DNA from: Candidatus Faecousia intestinigallinarum
GTDB taxonomy: Bacteria > Bacillota > Clostridia > Oscillospirales > Oscillospiraceae
Direction of reading: 5' to 3'
Assembly: GCA_018715805.1 (NCBI GenBank)
Contig: DVKX01000071.1
Location: forward strand, 17,074-81,073
Length of the DNA: 64,000 nucleotides
Within the stretch, counting starts at the first letter, position 1; each line of letters begins with the position of its first letter. The position numbers and the translations under genes are program-made. The notes beneath the pieces were generated by a model. The model searched no databases. It saw only the letters and a program-made list of their open reading frames with translations, and was not told where the DNA came from. Shown in pieces: positions 46,876-55,951 of this stretch.

Positions 46876-47697
46876 ATGAGTTCTTGCAACGGCAACTGCG
46901 CCTCCTGCGGCTCAGACTGCGCCGACCGGAAGGCGGAAAGTTTGCTGGCGGCGCTGAATCCCAAGTCCACGGTCAAGAAGGTGATTGCCGTCATATCCGG
47001 CAAGGGCGGTGTAGGAAAATCCACCGTTACCTCCATGCTGGCGGTGTCTATGGCGCGGCAGGGAAAACGGGCAGGCATTTTGGATGCAGACATTACCGGG
47101 CCGTCGGCGCCCACCGCTTTCGGCGTGACGGAGTGTCAGGGAGCCAGTGAGGACGGCCTGTACCCGGCGCTGACCCGGGGCGGTATCCAAGTCATGTCCA
47201 TCAATCTGCTGCTGGACAATTCCACCGACCCGGTGGTGTGGCGCGGCCCTGTGATCGCCGGGGCGGTGAAACAATTCTGGACGGATGTGATTTGGGAGGA
47301 TGTGGACTATCTTTTTGTGGATATGCCTCCCGGCACCGGCGATGTGCCGCTGACGGTATTCCAGAGCCTGCCGGTGGACGGTGTCATCATCGTCACCAGC
47401 CCCCAGGATTTGGTATCCATGATCGTATCCAAAGCTGTGAAGATGGCGAACCTGATGCATATTCCCGTGCTGGGCTTCGTGGAGAATTACAGCTATTTAG
47501 AATGTCCCGACTGCGGCAGACGCATCCAGGTATTTGGCGAAAGCAAGCTGGACGAGGTGGCGCAGGCGTTCGGCCTGCCGGTATTGGCGCGGCTGCCCAT
47601 TGACCCCAAAGTGGCGGAGGCGTTCGACTCGGGTCTGATGGAGACGGTGAATACCGATGCCCTGGCGGAAGCTGTGCGAGAAATTGAGAAAGTCTAA
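46876..47697 (+). CDS. Mrp/NBP35 Fe-S carrier ATPase
   Basis: N-terminal Cys cluster, SGKGGVGKST, DADITGPS, WRGP, DMPPGTGD, CPDC. Confidence 0.93.
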   Translation: MSSCNGNCASCGSDCADRKAESLLAALNPKSTVKKVIAVISGKGGVGKSTVTSMLAVSMARQGKRAGILDADITGPSAPTAFGVTECQGASEDGLYPALTRGGIQVMSINLLLDNSTDPVVWRGPVIAGAVKQFWTDVIWEDVDYLFVDMPPGTGDVPLTVFQSLPVDGVIIVTSPQDLVSMIVSKAVKMANLMHIPVLGFVENYSYLECPDCGRRIQVFGESKLDEVAQAFGLPVLARLPIDPKVAEAFDSGLMETVNTDALAEAVREIEKV

Positions 47698-47701
47698 AAA
47701 C

Positions 47702-47745
47702 TGCGTGTAAAAAGCGGCTCCATCCTGAGCCGCTTTTTACACGCA
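47702..47745. terminator. Long perfect hairpin, probable terminator
   Basis: 19-bp stem TGCGTGTAAAAAGCGGCTC-catcct-GAGCCGCTTTTTACACGCA. Confidence 0.7.
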
Positions 47746-47773
47746 ATAAAGAATTTTGACGGGAGGAGAAGCT

Positions 47774-48304
47774 ATGCGGAAAGTGGTATTGTTTATCGCC
47801 ATGAGCCTGGATGGGTATATTGCTGATGAGAACGGCAAGGTGGACTGGCTCGTGGGACAGGAGGAAGGAGCAGAGACGGAAGACAGCTATGGGGAATTTA
47901 TAAAAAGCGTGGACACAGTGGTCATGGGCTGGAATACGTACCATCAAGTGGCAACGGAATTATCTCCGCAGCGGTGGGTATATGAACATTTGCAGAGCTA
48001 TGTAATCACCCACCGGGCGCTGCCCCCTGCCAAGGGGATCGCCTTTGTGTCCGCAGATCCCTGCTCCCTGATAGAAAGATTAAAGAACAAGGTCGGTAAG
48101 GATATTTGGATATGCGGCGGAGCGGATATTGTCCGGCAGCTGACGCACAACGATCTTATTGACACCTATCATATTTCTGTGATTCCAACGATTCTGGGCA
48201 GTGGAGTTCGGCTCTTTCCGGATTCGAGTCGGGAAATTCCCCTGCGGCTTTCCGCCATTGGGAGCAGCAACGGCATCGCGGAACTGGTATATGAGAAACG
48301 GTAA
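47774..48304 (+). CDS. Dihydrofolate reductase/RibD C-terminal family protein
   Basis: FIAMSLDGYIA, VMGWNTY, IWICGGA, IPTILGSG. Confidence 0.9.
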   Translation: MRKVVLFIAMSLDGYIADENGKVDWLVGQEEGAETEDSYGEFIKSVDTVVMGWNTYHQVATELSPQRWVYEHLQSYVITHRALPPAKGIAFVSADPCSLIERLKNKVGKDIWICGGADIVRQLTHNDLIDTYHISVIPTILGSGVRLFPDSSREIPLRLSAIGSSNGIAELVYEKR

Positions 48305-48320
48305 AACGTACAGCATAGGA

Positions 48321-48345
48321 AAGCCCCCGGTTTTACCGGGGGCTT
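48321..48345. terminator. Terminator between convergent genes
   Basis: AAGCCCCCGG-tttta-CCGGGGGCTT. Confidence 0.75.
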
Positions 48346-48347
48346 GT

Positions 48348-48989
48348 TTACTTTTTCTCCTTAATTTGCGCCTGTAGGTGCATGGACAGCACCGCCAAAG
48401 AGGTGGCCATATTTTCGTGCTGCACCAGAATGTTGGGTGGTACTTCCAGATGGGTAGGGGCAAAGCTCCAAATGGCTTTGATGCCGCTGGCAATCAGCTG
48501 GTCGCACACCTGCTGGGCAAAAGCCTCCGGCACGGTGATAATGCCCATCAGCACCTTGTGGCTGCGGCAGAAGGATTGGAGCTTTTCCATGGGATAAATC
48601 GGCTTCCCATCCTCGGTCTGCGCCATAGATGGCGCTGCGTCGAAGGCGGCCAGGATATTTAAGCCGTATTCAGCAAAACCCTTATATCCCAAAAGCGCCT
48701 GCCCCAGCTTGCCGGCGCCAATGAGCACGGCGTCTGTGGCGTTGTCATATCCCAGAAATTGCTCAATATCTTCCATCAGGCTTTCCCGCAGATAACCGAT
48801 CTTTGGCCTGCCGCCCTCGGATACCATTGCCAGATCTTTCCGCACCTGTACCTCTCCCATGCCCAAGGCATTGGCCAGGGCGGTGGCGGAAATATAGGGT
48901 GCGCTTCCCTCTGGCATACTGCGCAAATAAGTCAGATACCCTGGCAGCCGCTTCAGAACGGCTTTGGACACTTCTTTTTTCGGCACCAT
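48348..48989 (-). CDS. rex: Redox-sensing repressor Rex family (possibly a divergent paralogue)
   Basis: RLP.Y, QVRKDL, G...GY winged HTH; Rossmann GAGKLG; WSFAP. Confidence 0.9.
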   Translation of the reverse strand: MVPKKEVSKAVLKRLPGYLTYLRSMPEGSAPYISATALANALGMGEVQVRKDLAMVSEGGRPKIGYLRESLMEDIEQFLGYDNATDAVLIGAGKLGQALLGYKGFAEYGLNILAAFDAAPSMAQTEDGKPIYPMEKLQSFCRSHKVLMGIITVPEAFAQQVCDQLIASGIKAIWSFAPTHLEVPPNILVQHENMATSLAVLSMHLQAQIKEKK

Positions 48990-49075
48990 GCTTCGCTCCT
49001 TGCTTTCGATACAAATAGTTATCGATATAATATGTATCGATTATACCACGCCGCGCGGAGAATTGCAAGTCCCCT

Positions 49076-49786
49076 TTATGCGCAGCTGGTCTGGCGGATC
49101 AGTTCTTTGCGCAGCCGGAGCATAATACGCTTTTCCAGCCGGGAAATGTAGGACTGGGAAATGCCCATTTTCTGCGCTACTTCCTTCTGGGTCAGTTCCT
49201 GCCGCCCGCCCAGGCCAAAGCGCATGGTGATGATCTCCCGTTCCCGCTCCGGCAGCTCTCGCACCGCTTGCCGCAGGAGACAGAGGTCTACATCGTCCTC
49301 CAGGGGACGGAGGATCATGTCTTCTTCGGTGCCAAGAATATCCGAGAGAAGCAGCTCGTTGCCATCGTAATCCATATTGATGGGTTCATCCAGCGAAACT
49401 TCCGTTTTTTGGTTGGCAATTTTGCGGATATGCATTAGAATCTCGTTTTCAATGCAGCGGGAGGCGTAAGTAGCCAGCTTGATGTTTTTGTCCCGGCGGT
49501 AGGTGCCGATGGCTTTGATGAGGCCGATGGTGCCGATGGAGATCAAGTCCTCCAGATTTACGCCGGTATTTTCAAACCGCCGGGCGATGAACACCACCAG
49601 GCGCAGGTTCCGCTCAATGAGCGTTTGTTTTGCCGCCTCCTCGCCGTTTTCCAGCCGCTGGAGCATTTCCTGCTCCTCCTGCCCTTTCAGCGGCGGAGGA
49701 AGAATATCGCTGCCCCCAATATAGTAGATTCCTTGACGCTGGCGCAGCATCCACTTCCGCAGCCATTCCCAGAATTTTTCCATCAT
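49076..49786 (-). CDS. sigE: Pro-sigmaE, mother-cell RNA polymerase sigma factor
   Basis: [52 protein letters not shown]; start 49786 after GGAGG, ATGA-coupled to spoIIGA. Confidence 0.96.
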   Translation of the reverse strand: MMEKFWEWLRKWMLRQRQGIYYIGGSDILPPPLKGQEEQEMLQRLENGEEAAKQTLIERNLRLVVFIARRFENTGVNLEDLISIGTIGLIKAIGTYRRDKNIKLATYASRCIENEILMHIRKIANQKTEVSLDEPINMDYDGNELLLSDILGTEEDMILRPLEDDVDLCLLRQAVRELPEREREIITMRFGLGGRQELTQKEVAQKMGISQSYISRLEKRIMLRLRKELIRQTSCA

Positions 49787-50556
49787 ACCATACCTCCTGT
49801 CAACGCCTGATATGTTTCGTGCCCTTCCAATCCATCCGGGGCGAAAGCCACCACTGCGGCGCCCCGCCAATGCCCCACGACTGTTTGCGGGATGCGCATA
49901 GCCAGTAAAAGCCCTCCGGGCTGTCCTACAGCCTGATAGGGGATCAGCCGCAGACCTGGAAGCGTATGCGCCTGCATGGTTTCCACTGGGCGGCGCAGCT
50001 GCTCCCGGGTCAAGCCGGTGAGGGTTTCTGCGGACTCCCATCCGATAATGAGCACCTGCTCCCCGGTGATGGGATCTCGCAGGCTGTTTCCCGTGTCCCG
50101 CAGCGCGGTGAGCCGCAGGCATTTGCCCCCGTAGCGCAGCTCCACCGGGAGGAATTGCTGTCCGGCCTTTCGTCCGCGAAAGCCAAACAAGCATAACAGG
50201 CATACCCCTGCGGCAGCGCCCAAAATCCCCAGGAAGCCCTTGCCGTCCAGCCCCAGCGCGACGCCTCCCAGCGCCATGCTCAGCAGTACAAACACTACGG
50301 TGCGCTGCGCCGCGTCCCGGCTGACGCCGAAGGCCAGGGCACCCATCATTCCCAGGCATACCAGCCGCCACAGCAGGTTTCCCAAAAACGCGAAGCCCGG
50401 CAGCAAGCAGGCTCCGGCATAGACGGCGCCGACGCCAGCGGCTGTCGCGCCTCGTCCCAGCCCCGGCGGGTACCCCAGCAGCCGGTTGGTGCCCAAGAGC
50501 AGCAAAAGATCTACTCCGAAATTCAGCAGCAGCGCAAGATCCAGGTAAACTGCCAC
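49783..50556 (-). CDS. spoIIGA: Pro-sigmaE processing aspartic protease SpoIIGA
   Basis: [12 protein letters not shown], catalytic [17 protein letters not shown]; GTG start at 50556; upstream of sigE. Confidence 0.92.
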   Translation of the reverse strand: MAVYLDLALLLNFGVDLLLLLGTNRLLGYPPGLGRGATAAGVGAVYAGACLLPGFAFLGNLLWRLVCLGMMGALAFGVSRDAAQRTVVFVLLSMALGGVALGLDGKGFLGILGAAAGVCLLCLFGFRGRKAGQQFLPVELRYGGKCLRLTALRDTGNSLRDPITGEQVLIIGWESAETLTGLTREQLRRPVETMQAHTLPGLRLIPYQAVGQPGGLLLAMRIPQTVVGHWRGAAVVAFAPDGLEGHETYQALTGGMV

Positions 50557-50584
50557 AGCTGTCCCCCCTTTCTGTGCTGCTCTC

Positions 50585-50622
50585 AGTATACCTCCGCCGG
50601 GAAAAGAAGTCCGTCGCAACCG
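50585..50622 (-). promoter_or_regulatory. Candidate spoIIG promoter
   Basis: Minus-strand TATACT -10 with upstream GCGACGGACTT resembling the Spo0A-binding tract of the B. subtilis spoIIG promoter. Confidence 0.45.
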
Positions 50623-50710
50623 GATTTGCGTTTGATTCCTGGAATCTGCCTGTCCCGCCCCGGCTTGGCAGCAAGTCCCCAGGAAGTCAAAAAAGCGGCA
50701 GCTGAATTTC

Positions 50711-50920
50711 TCAGCCGCCGTTTCTATCTGTCGATGTGTTTTCCTGCCGAATTACGGACTTGATATTTTTCTCTGCTTTGAACCGAGGGGTCATGATTTC
50801 ATGGCCGCAGCCCAGACACTTCAGCCGGAAATCTGCACCAGTGCGCAGCACCCGCCATTGCTTCTCCCCGCAGGGATGGGCTTTTTTCATAACCAGAATG
50901 TCTCCCAGGCGAATATCCAT
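50711..50920 (-). CDS. DUF951-family protein
   Basis: GDILVMKKAHPCG..W.VLRTGADFRLKCLGCGH. Confidence 0.92.
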   Translation of the reverse strand: MDIRLGDILVMKKAHPCGEKQWRVLRTGADFRLKCLGCGHEIMTPRFKAEKNIKSVIRQENTSTDRNGG

Positions 50921-52185
50921 TATTCTTCTCCTTTAATGGCAGCCCAATATTGTTTTGCCGTCTGCTCTACCTTGTTGGGACCATAGTGGTAGTAGATTTT
51001 ACCTGCCAGCGCGTCCGGCAAATATTGCTGCTTTACCCAATGACCGGGGAAGTCGTGAGGGTATAAATAGCCCTGCTTCCGCTCCATGGTGTAGGTATCC
51101 GCGTGTACATTCTGCAAATGTCTTGGGAAATCGCCGCCCAAGCCTTTGCGCACGTCGGCGATGGCATCGTCCAGAGCGATATGCCCGGAGTTGGATTTCG
51201 GGGAGGTGGCCATAAGTACCGCCGCGTCCCCCAGGGGGATCCGCGCCTCGGGCATACCCAGCATCAAGGCCATATCTACACAGGATTTTACGATGGGAAG
51301 GATCATGGGATAAGCCAGACCCACATCCTCCGCTGCAATCACCATCAACCGCCGGCAGGCGGACTGCATCTGCCCCGCTTCCAAAAGCCGTGCTAGATAA
51401 TGGCAGGCAGCGTCCGGATCGGAACCCCGAATGGATTTTTGCAGGGCGGAAAGCAGATCATAATGGCTGTCCCCGTCCCGGTCAGCGCGCATAGCGCTTT
51501 TTTGGGTGACTTCTTTGGCGTCGGCGTAGGTGAGAACGATCTCTCCATTTTCCGGCGAACCCACGCTGAAGAGCACCTCGATGGCGTTCATGGCCTTACG
51601 AATGTCCCCACCGCAGGCGCTGGCCACATATTCCAGAGCGCCCTCCTCGGGCTTTGCCTTCAGGGCGGTGCGCTCCTCCAGATAGCTGACCGCCCGGCGG
51701 ATGGCTTGAAGGGCAGCGGCGGGAGAGATCTGCTTGAACTCAAACACAGTGGAGCGGCTGAGAATGGCGTTGAACACGTAAAAATAAGGGTTCTCCGTAG
51801 TGGAAGCGATCAGGGTGATCTTGCCGTTTTCAATGTATTCCAGCAGGGACTGCTGCTGCTTTTTGTTAAAGGACTGGATCTCGTCCAAATATAGGAGCAC
51901 TCCGTTGGGAGCCAAAAAAGTGTCCAGCTGCGCTACGATGTTTTTGATGTCCGCAGTAGAGGCTGTGGTGGCGTTAAGCTGGTACAGCGTCCGGTTGGTC
52001 TGCTTGGCGATGATATTGGCTACAGTGGTTTTGCCTGTGCCGCTGGGACCATAGAAGATCATATTGGGGATGTTCCCGGAATCAATGAGCCGGCGAAGAA
52101 CGCCGCCCTGACCGAGAATATGCTCCTGACCATATACTTCGTCCAAGGTAGTGGGACGCAAAATATCCGCAAGTGGCTGATACAT
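50920..52185 (-). CDS. rarA: Replication-associated recombination protein A (RarA/MgsA)
   Basis: PLADILRP, GPSGTGKTT, DEI, TTENP, KSIRGSDPDAA, EDVGLA, YLYPHD. Confidence 0.95.
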   Translation of the reverse strand: MYQPLADILRPTTLDEVYGQEHILGQGGVLRRLIDSGNIPNMIFYGPSGTGKTTVANIIAKQTNRTLYQLNATTASTADIKNIVAQLDTFLAPNGVLLYLDEIQSFNKKQQQSLLEYIENGKITLIASTTENPYFYVFNAILSRSTVFEFKQISPAAALQAIRRAVSYLEERTALKAKPEEGALEYVASACGGDIRKAMNAIEVLFSVGSPENGEIVLTYADAKEVTQKSAMRADRDGDSHYDLLSALQKSIRGSDPDAACHYLARLLEAGQMQSACRRLMVIAAEDVGLAYPMILPIVKSCVDMALMLGMPEARIPLGDAAVLMATSPKSNSGHIALDDAIADVRKGLGGDFPRHLQNVHADTYTMERKQGYLYPHDFPGHWVKQQYLPDALAGKIYYHYGPNKVEQTAKQYWAAIKGEE

Positions 52186-52289
52186 AGGCCGCTCCTTTCC
52201 GTGTCTTCCACCAGTATATCATACTCTCCTGTAAAATGCATCCTCTTTTTTGCAGACAGAAATCAGAGTTGACTGTTTAATTGGATTTC

Positions 52290-52823
52290 TTAAAGTTTAT
52301 GCTGTATCAAAAAGAATGTCAACGCGCCTAAAACGATCGTTACCAGCCCCATTATGATGAACATGGCAGCTGTAAACCCCGCTGAGATGGGTCTATCTAT
52401 ATAACACTTTTTGGGATTATTCGGATGATAATAAACTGTCATCTCACTGCCGATCGGCCATAACTGCTCTGCATACTGATGCAAATTTGCAATAGATCCG
52501 ATTTTTACATGCAGCCAACCTTTTTCATCTTCATAGGCTTTTGGCTGCATATGCAGAGGGAATCCAGATATTTTCGTTAACTTTACTCCGCAAAATCTTT
52601 TCTTCGCCTGATAAAATTTCCCGTCAACAATATATTCTACGATTGGGTACATTCTCCCATTGCCTGGAAAGGCGTATTTTATAACGACTCCATTTGTCTT
52701 TTGTGTACATAAATCGTTCTTTCTTTTAACGGCAATAGTTATTATAATGCCGGCCAAAACTAATATGACCCCAAGTCCTCCAACGGTTCCCAATTCTAAC
52801 CATGCAATTTGTATTTTAGACAT
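52290..52823 (-). CDS. DUF3592-like membrane protein (low-GC gene)
   Basis: N- and C-terminal TMs flanking GVVI..YPIVEY.VDG...G.E.TVYY.P.NP; markedly AT-rich; start ATG 52823 after AAAGGAG. Confidence 0.7.
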   Translation of the reverse strand: MSKIQIAWLELGTVGGLGVILVLAGIIITIAVKRKNDLCTQKTNGVVIKYAFPGNGRMYPIVEYIVDGKFYQAKKRFCGVKLTKISGFPLHMQPKAYEDEKGWLHVKIGSIANLHQYAEQLWPIGSEMTVYYHPNNPKKCYIDRPISAGFTAAMFIIMGLVTIVLGALTFFLIQHKL

Positions 52824-52921
52824 ATCCGCGCTCCTTTGAAAACGCTTCATCCAACAAGGACAATCAGCTGAAAATGCCCGCAAATCAAGGACGGGACAGA
52901 ACACTTAACTGAATTTATAAT

Positions 52922-52953
52922 AAAAAAGCGGCATAGCCAATCGACTATGCCGC
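52922..52953 (-). terminator. Terminator of the GGGtGRT operon
   Basis: GCGGCATAG/CTATGCCGC stem with a T run on the minus strand. Confidence 0.75.
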
Positions 52954-52967
52954 CTTTGGAATCCATA

Positions 52968-53966
52968 TTACTTCAGGCTCTCAGCAACTGCCACAGCTAC
53001 GGACACGGTAGCGCCCACCATGGGGTTGTTGCCCATGCCCAGGAAGCCCATCATTTCCACATGGGCGGGCACGGAGGAGGAACCGGCGAACTGGGCGTCG
53101 GAGTGCATACGACCCATGGTATCGGTCATGCCGTAGGAAGCGGGACCGGCAGCCATGTTATCCGGGTGCAGGGTACGTCCGGTGCCGCCGCCGGAAGCCA
53201 CGGAGAAATACCGCTTGCCCTGCTCCACGCACTCTTTCTTGTAGGTGCCGGCCACAGGATGCTGGAAGCGGGTGGGGTTGGTGGAGTTGCCGGTGATGGA
53301 CACATCCACGCCCTCGTGGTGCATAACGGCCACGCCCTCGCGGACGTCGTCCACACCGAAGCAGCGGACAGCGGCGCGCTCGCCGTCGGAATACTTGTGC
53401 TCTTTGACTACCTTCAGCTCGCCGGTGTAGTAGTCAAACTGGGTCTGCACATAGGTGAAGCCGTTGATCCGGGAGATGATCTGTGCGGCGTCCTTGCCCA
53501 GGCCGTTCAGGATGACCCGCAGCGGCTCCTTCCGAGCCTTGTTGGCGGAGCGGGCGATGCCGATGGCGCCTTCCGCAGCGGCAAAGGACTCGTGACCGGC
53601 CAGGAACGCAAAGCACTTTGTCTCGTCCCGCAGCAGCATAGCGCCCAGGTTGCCGTGACCCAGGCCAACCTTGCGATCCTCGGCAACGGAGCCGGGAATG
53701 CAGAAAGCCTGCAGGCCAATGCCGATGGCCTCGGCGGCCTCGGCGGCGGTCTTGACGCCCTTCTTCAGTGCGATGGCGGCGCCCACCACATAGGCCCAGG
53801 CGGCGTCCTCAAAGCAGATGGGCTGGATGCTCTTGGTGATGGTATAGGGATCGAAGCCCTGCGCCTGGCAGAGTTCCCGGCACTCCTCTACGGAGTTCAG
53901 GCCGTACTGCGCGAGGACGCCATTGATCTTGTCAATCTTTCTTTCGTAACCTTCAAACAAAGCCAT
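52968..53966 (-). CDS. GGGtGRT-family protein (function unknown)
   Basis: Eponymous SGGGTGRTLHPDNMAAGPASYG, QPICFE, LQAFC, GHESFAAAEG. Confidence 0.92.
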   Translation of the reverse strand: MALFEGYERKIDKINGVLAQYGLNSVEECRELCQAQGFDPYTITKSIQPICFEDAAWAYVVGAAIALKKGVKTAAEAAEAIGIGLQAFCIPGSVAEDRKVGLGHGNLGAMLLRDETKCFAFLAGHESFAAAEGAIGIARSANKARKEPLRVILNGLGKDAAQIISRINGFTYVQTQFDYYTGELKVVKEHKYSDGERAAVRCFGVDDVREGVAVMHHEGVDVSITGNSTNPTRFQHPVAGTYKKECVEQGKRYFSVASGGGTGRTLHPDNMAAGPASYGMTDTMGRMHSDAQFAGSSSVPAHVEMMGFLGMGNNPMVGATVSVAVAVAESLK

Positions 53967-53981
53967 TGTACTGTCCTCCTC

Positions 53982-54674
53982 TTATTCGTGGCGGGGATCG
54001 ATATACTTGGCGGCGCCATCGAACCGGCCGTAGTGACCCTTCGCCTTCTCCAGGGCGGTGTTGGCGTCGTCGCCCTTCTTGATGAAGTCCATCATCTTGC
54101 CCAGATTGACGAATTCATAGCCAATGATCAGGTCGTCGCTGTCCAGGGCGATCCGGGTAACGTAGCCCTCGGCCATTTCCAAATAACGGGGACCCTTTAC
54201 CTTGGTGGCGAACATGGTGCCAACCTGGCTGCGCAGACCCTTGCCCAGATCCTCCAGAGAAGCGCCCACGGCCAGACCGCCCTCGCTGAATGCGGACTGG
54301 CTGCGGCCATAGACGATCTGCAGGAACAGTTCCCGCATGGCGGTATTGATGGCGTCGCACACCAGGTCGGTATTCAGTGCTTCCAGGATGGTCTTGCCGA
54401 TGAGGATCTCGGCGGCCATGGCGGCGGAGTGGGTCATACCGGAGCAGCCCAGGGTCTCCACCAGAGCTTCTTCAATGACGCCCTCTTTGATGTTCAGGGT
54501 CAGCTTACAGGCACCCTGCTGGGGGGCACACCAGCCCACGCCGTGGGTAAAACCGCTGATGTCCTTGATCTCCTTGGCCTGAACCCACTTGCCCTCTTCG
54601 GGGATGGGAGCGGGGCCGTGATAGGCACCTTTGGCCACGGAGCACATGTTTTCTACTTCTGCACTGTAAATCAT
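53982..54674 (-). CDS. IscU/NifU_N-like Fe-S scaffold-fold protein
   Basis: WCAP..GAC, GCSG, VCDAI match the IscU-type Cys arrangement; start ATG 54674 after AAAGG. Confidence 0.82.
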   Translation of the reverse strand: MIYSAEVENMCSVAKGAYHGPAPIPEEGKWVQAKEIKDISGFTHGVGWCAPQQGACKLTLNIKEGVIEEALVETLGCSGMTHSAAMAAEILIGKTILEALNTDLVCDAINTAMRELFLQIVYGRSQSAFSEGGLAVGASLEDLGKGLRSQVGTMFATKVKGPRYLEMAEGYVTRIALDSDDLIIGYEFVNLGKMMDFIKKGDDANTALEKAKGHYGRFDGAAKYIDPRHE

Positions 54675-54805
54675 GGCAAAATTCCTTTCTTTCAAAGGCG
54701 GAATATCCCGCCTTAAGATATACGTTTTGGAAAACCACGCAGATTTCCGCTTTTCATTATATCGGACAGGCAGCAAATTGTCAATCGCTTCCCGATGAAA
54801 ATCCG

Positions 54806-55456
54806 CTATTTTTGTATCTCTTTTACAAAGGCTTCCTTATTTTCCGCCCGAAAAAAAGCAGAACCAGTGACCAGTATATCCGCTCCGGAGCGCTTGCATA
54901 CCGGAGCGGTGGCGCTGTCCACGCCGCCGTCCACTTCCAGCAGACAATCCGGATTGACCTGTGCCAGCCGCGCCCGGAGCGTCTGGAGCTTGGGCATCAT
55001 ATCCGCCATAAAGGCTTGTCCGCCGAAGCCAGGCTCCACAGTCATCACCAGTACCATGGCGCATTTTTCCAGAAATGGGAATGCGGCCTCCGCCGGTGTG
55101 CCGGGCTTTAGGGAGACGGCAGGCTTGACGCCCAGCGCGGCAATGCGATCCAGGGCGGCCAGAATATTCTGCGTGGTGTCGGCTTCCACGTGAACAGTGA
55201 GATAATCCGCGCCGGCCTTGCAGAACGCCTCCACATAGCGCAGGGGACGGTCTATCATCAAATGTACATCTAAAGGAAGCGTTGTTACCCGGCGGAGGGC
55301 GGCGACTACCGGGATGCCGATGGTGATGTTGGGAACAAAATGCCCGTCCATCACATCCACATGCACCCAGTCGGCGCCGGAAGCGGCGATGGTTTCAATG
55401 CCTTTCTGCAAATTGGCAAAGTCTGCAGAAAGGATGGAGGGAGCGATAAAAGCCAT
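54806..55456 (-). CDS. rpe: Ribulose-phosphate 3-epimerase
   Basis: IAPSILSADF, HVDVMDGHFVPN, DVHLM, MTVEPGFGGQ, VDGG. Confidence 0.97.
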   Translation of the reverse strand: MAFIAPSILSADFANLQKGIETIAASGADWVHVDVMDGHFVPNITIGIPVVAALRRVTTLPLDVHLMIDRPLRYVEAFCKAGADYLTVHVEADTTQNILAALDRIAALGVKPAVSLKPGTPAEAAFPFLEKCAMVLVMTVEPGFGGQAFMADMMPKLQTLRARLAQVNPDCLLEVDGGVDSATAPVCKRSGADILVTGSAFFRAENKEAFVKEIQK

Positions 55457-55589
55457 AAGCGTCTCCTTTCATTTTTTTGCATCATATCATAAAATGTGCG
55501 CCTTTGCAACGATTGGAGAATTTTTCCTGGTGTGATTCCGGCGCAGAAAGACATACTAATCCAGAAATCGAAAGAAGGAGGAGAACGCT

Positions 55590-55754
55590 ATGAGCTGCCA
55601 CGCCAATAAGTGCATTGCCTGCACAGTTCAGCAGTGCACCCATCATTGCCAGGATGCGGACTACTGCTCCCTGGACAGCATCCTTGTAGGTACCCACGAG
55701 GGCAACCCCACCATGGACCAGTGCACCGACTGCAAATCCTTTCGGATGAAGTAA
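55590..55754 (+). CDS. DUF1540-family small Cys-rich protein (54 aa; absent from the ORF track)
   Basis: RBS AAGGAGG; translates MSCHANKCIACTVQQCTHHCQDADYCSLDSILVGTHEGNPTMDQCTDCKSFRMK; I.C.V..C....C....I.V...T.C.SF pattern; terminator follows. Confidence 0.88.
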   Translation: MSCHANKCIACTVQQCTHHCQDADYCSLDSILVGTHEGNPTMDQCTDCKSFRMK

Positions 55755-55951
55755 GAATCCTCTTTTGGCGGCGGAAACGCCGCCGCTTTTTTTAACATAG
55801 TTGACTTTGGGGATTTTTAGGATACAATATAGGTTACCAGGGTTTACAAATTCTTGGAAAAACGTTAAAAAATCGTTTTGGCGACGGACATATTTTTTTC
55901 ATAACTGGCGAATAAAATGTGATCATGCAAACAAAACGAGGAGGAAATACC

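Noticed and set aside
49787-50674. 532-aa ORF extending sigE upstream across spoIIGA (apparent fusion)
   Set aside because: The extension is low-complexity alternative-frame sequence; sigE has its own SD and ATG at 49786 and spoIIGA is intact in another frame
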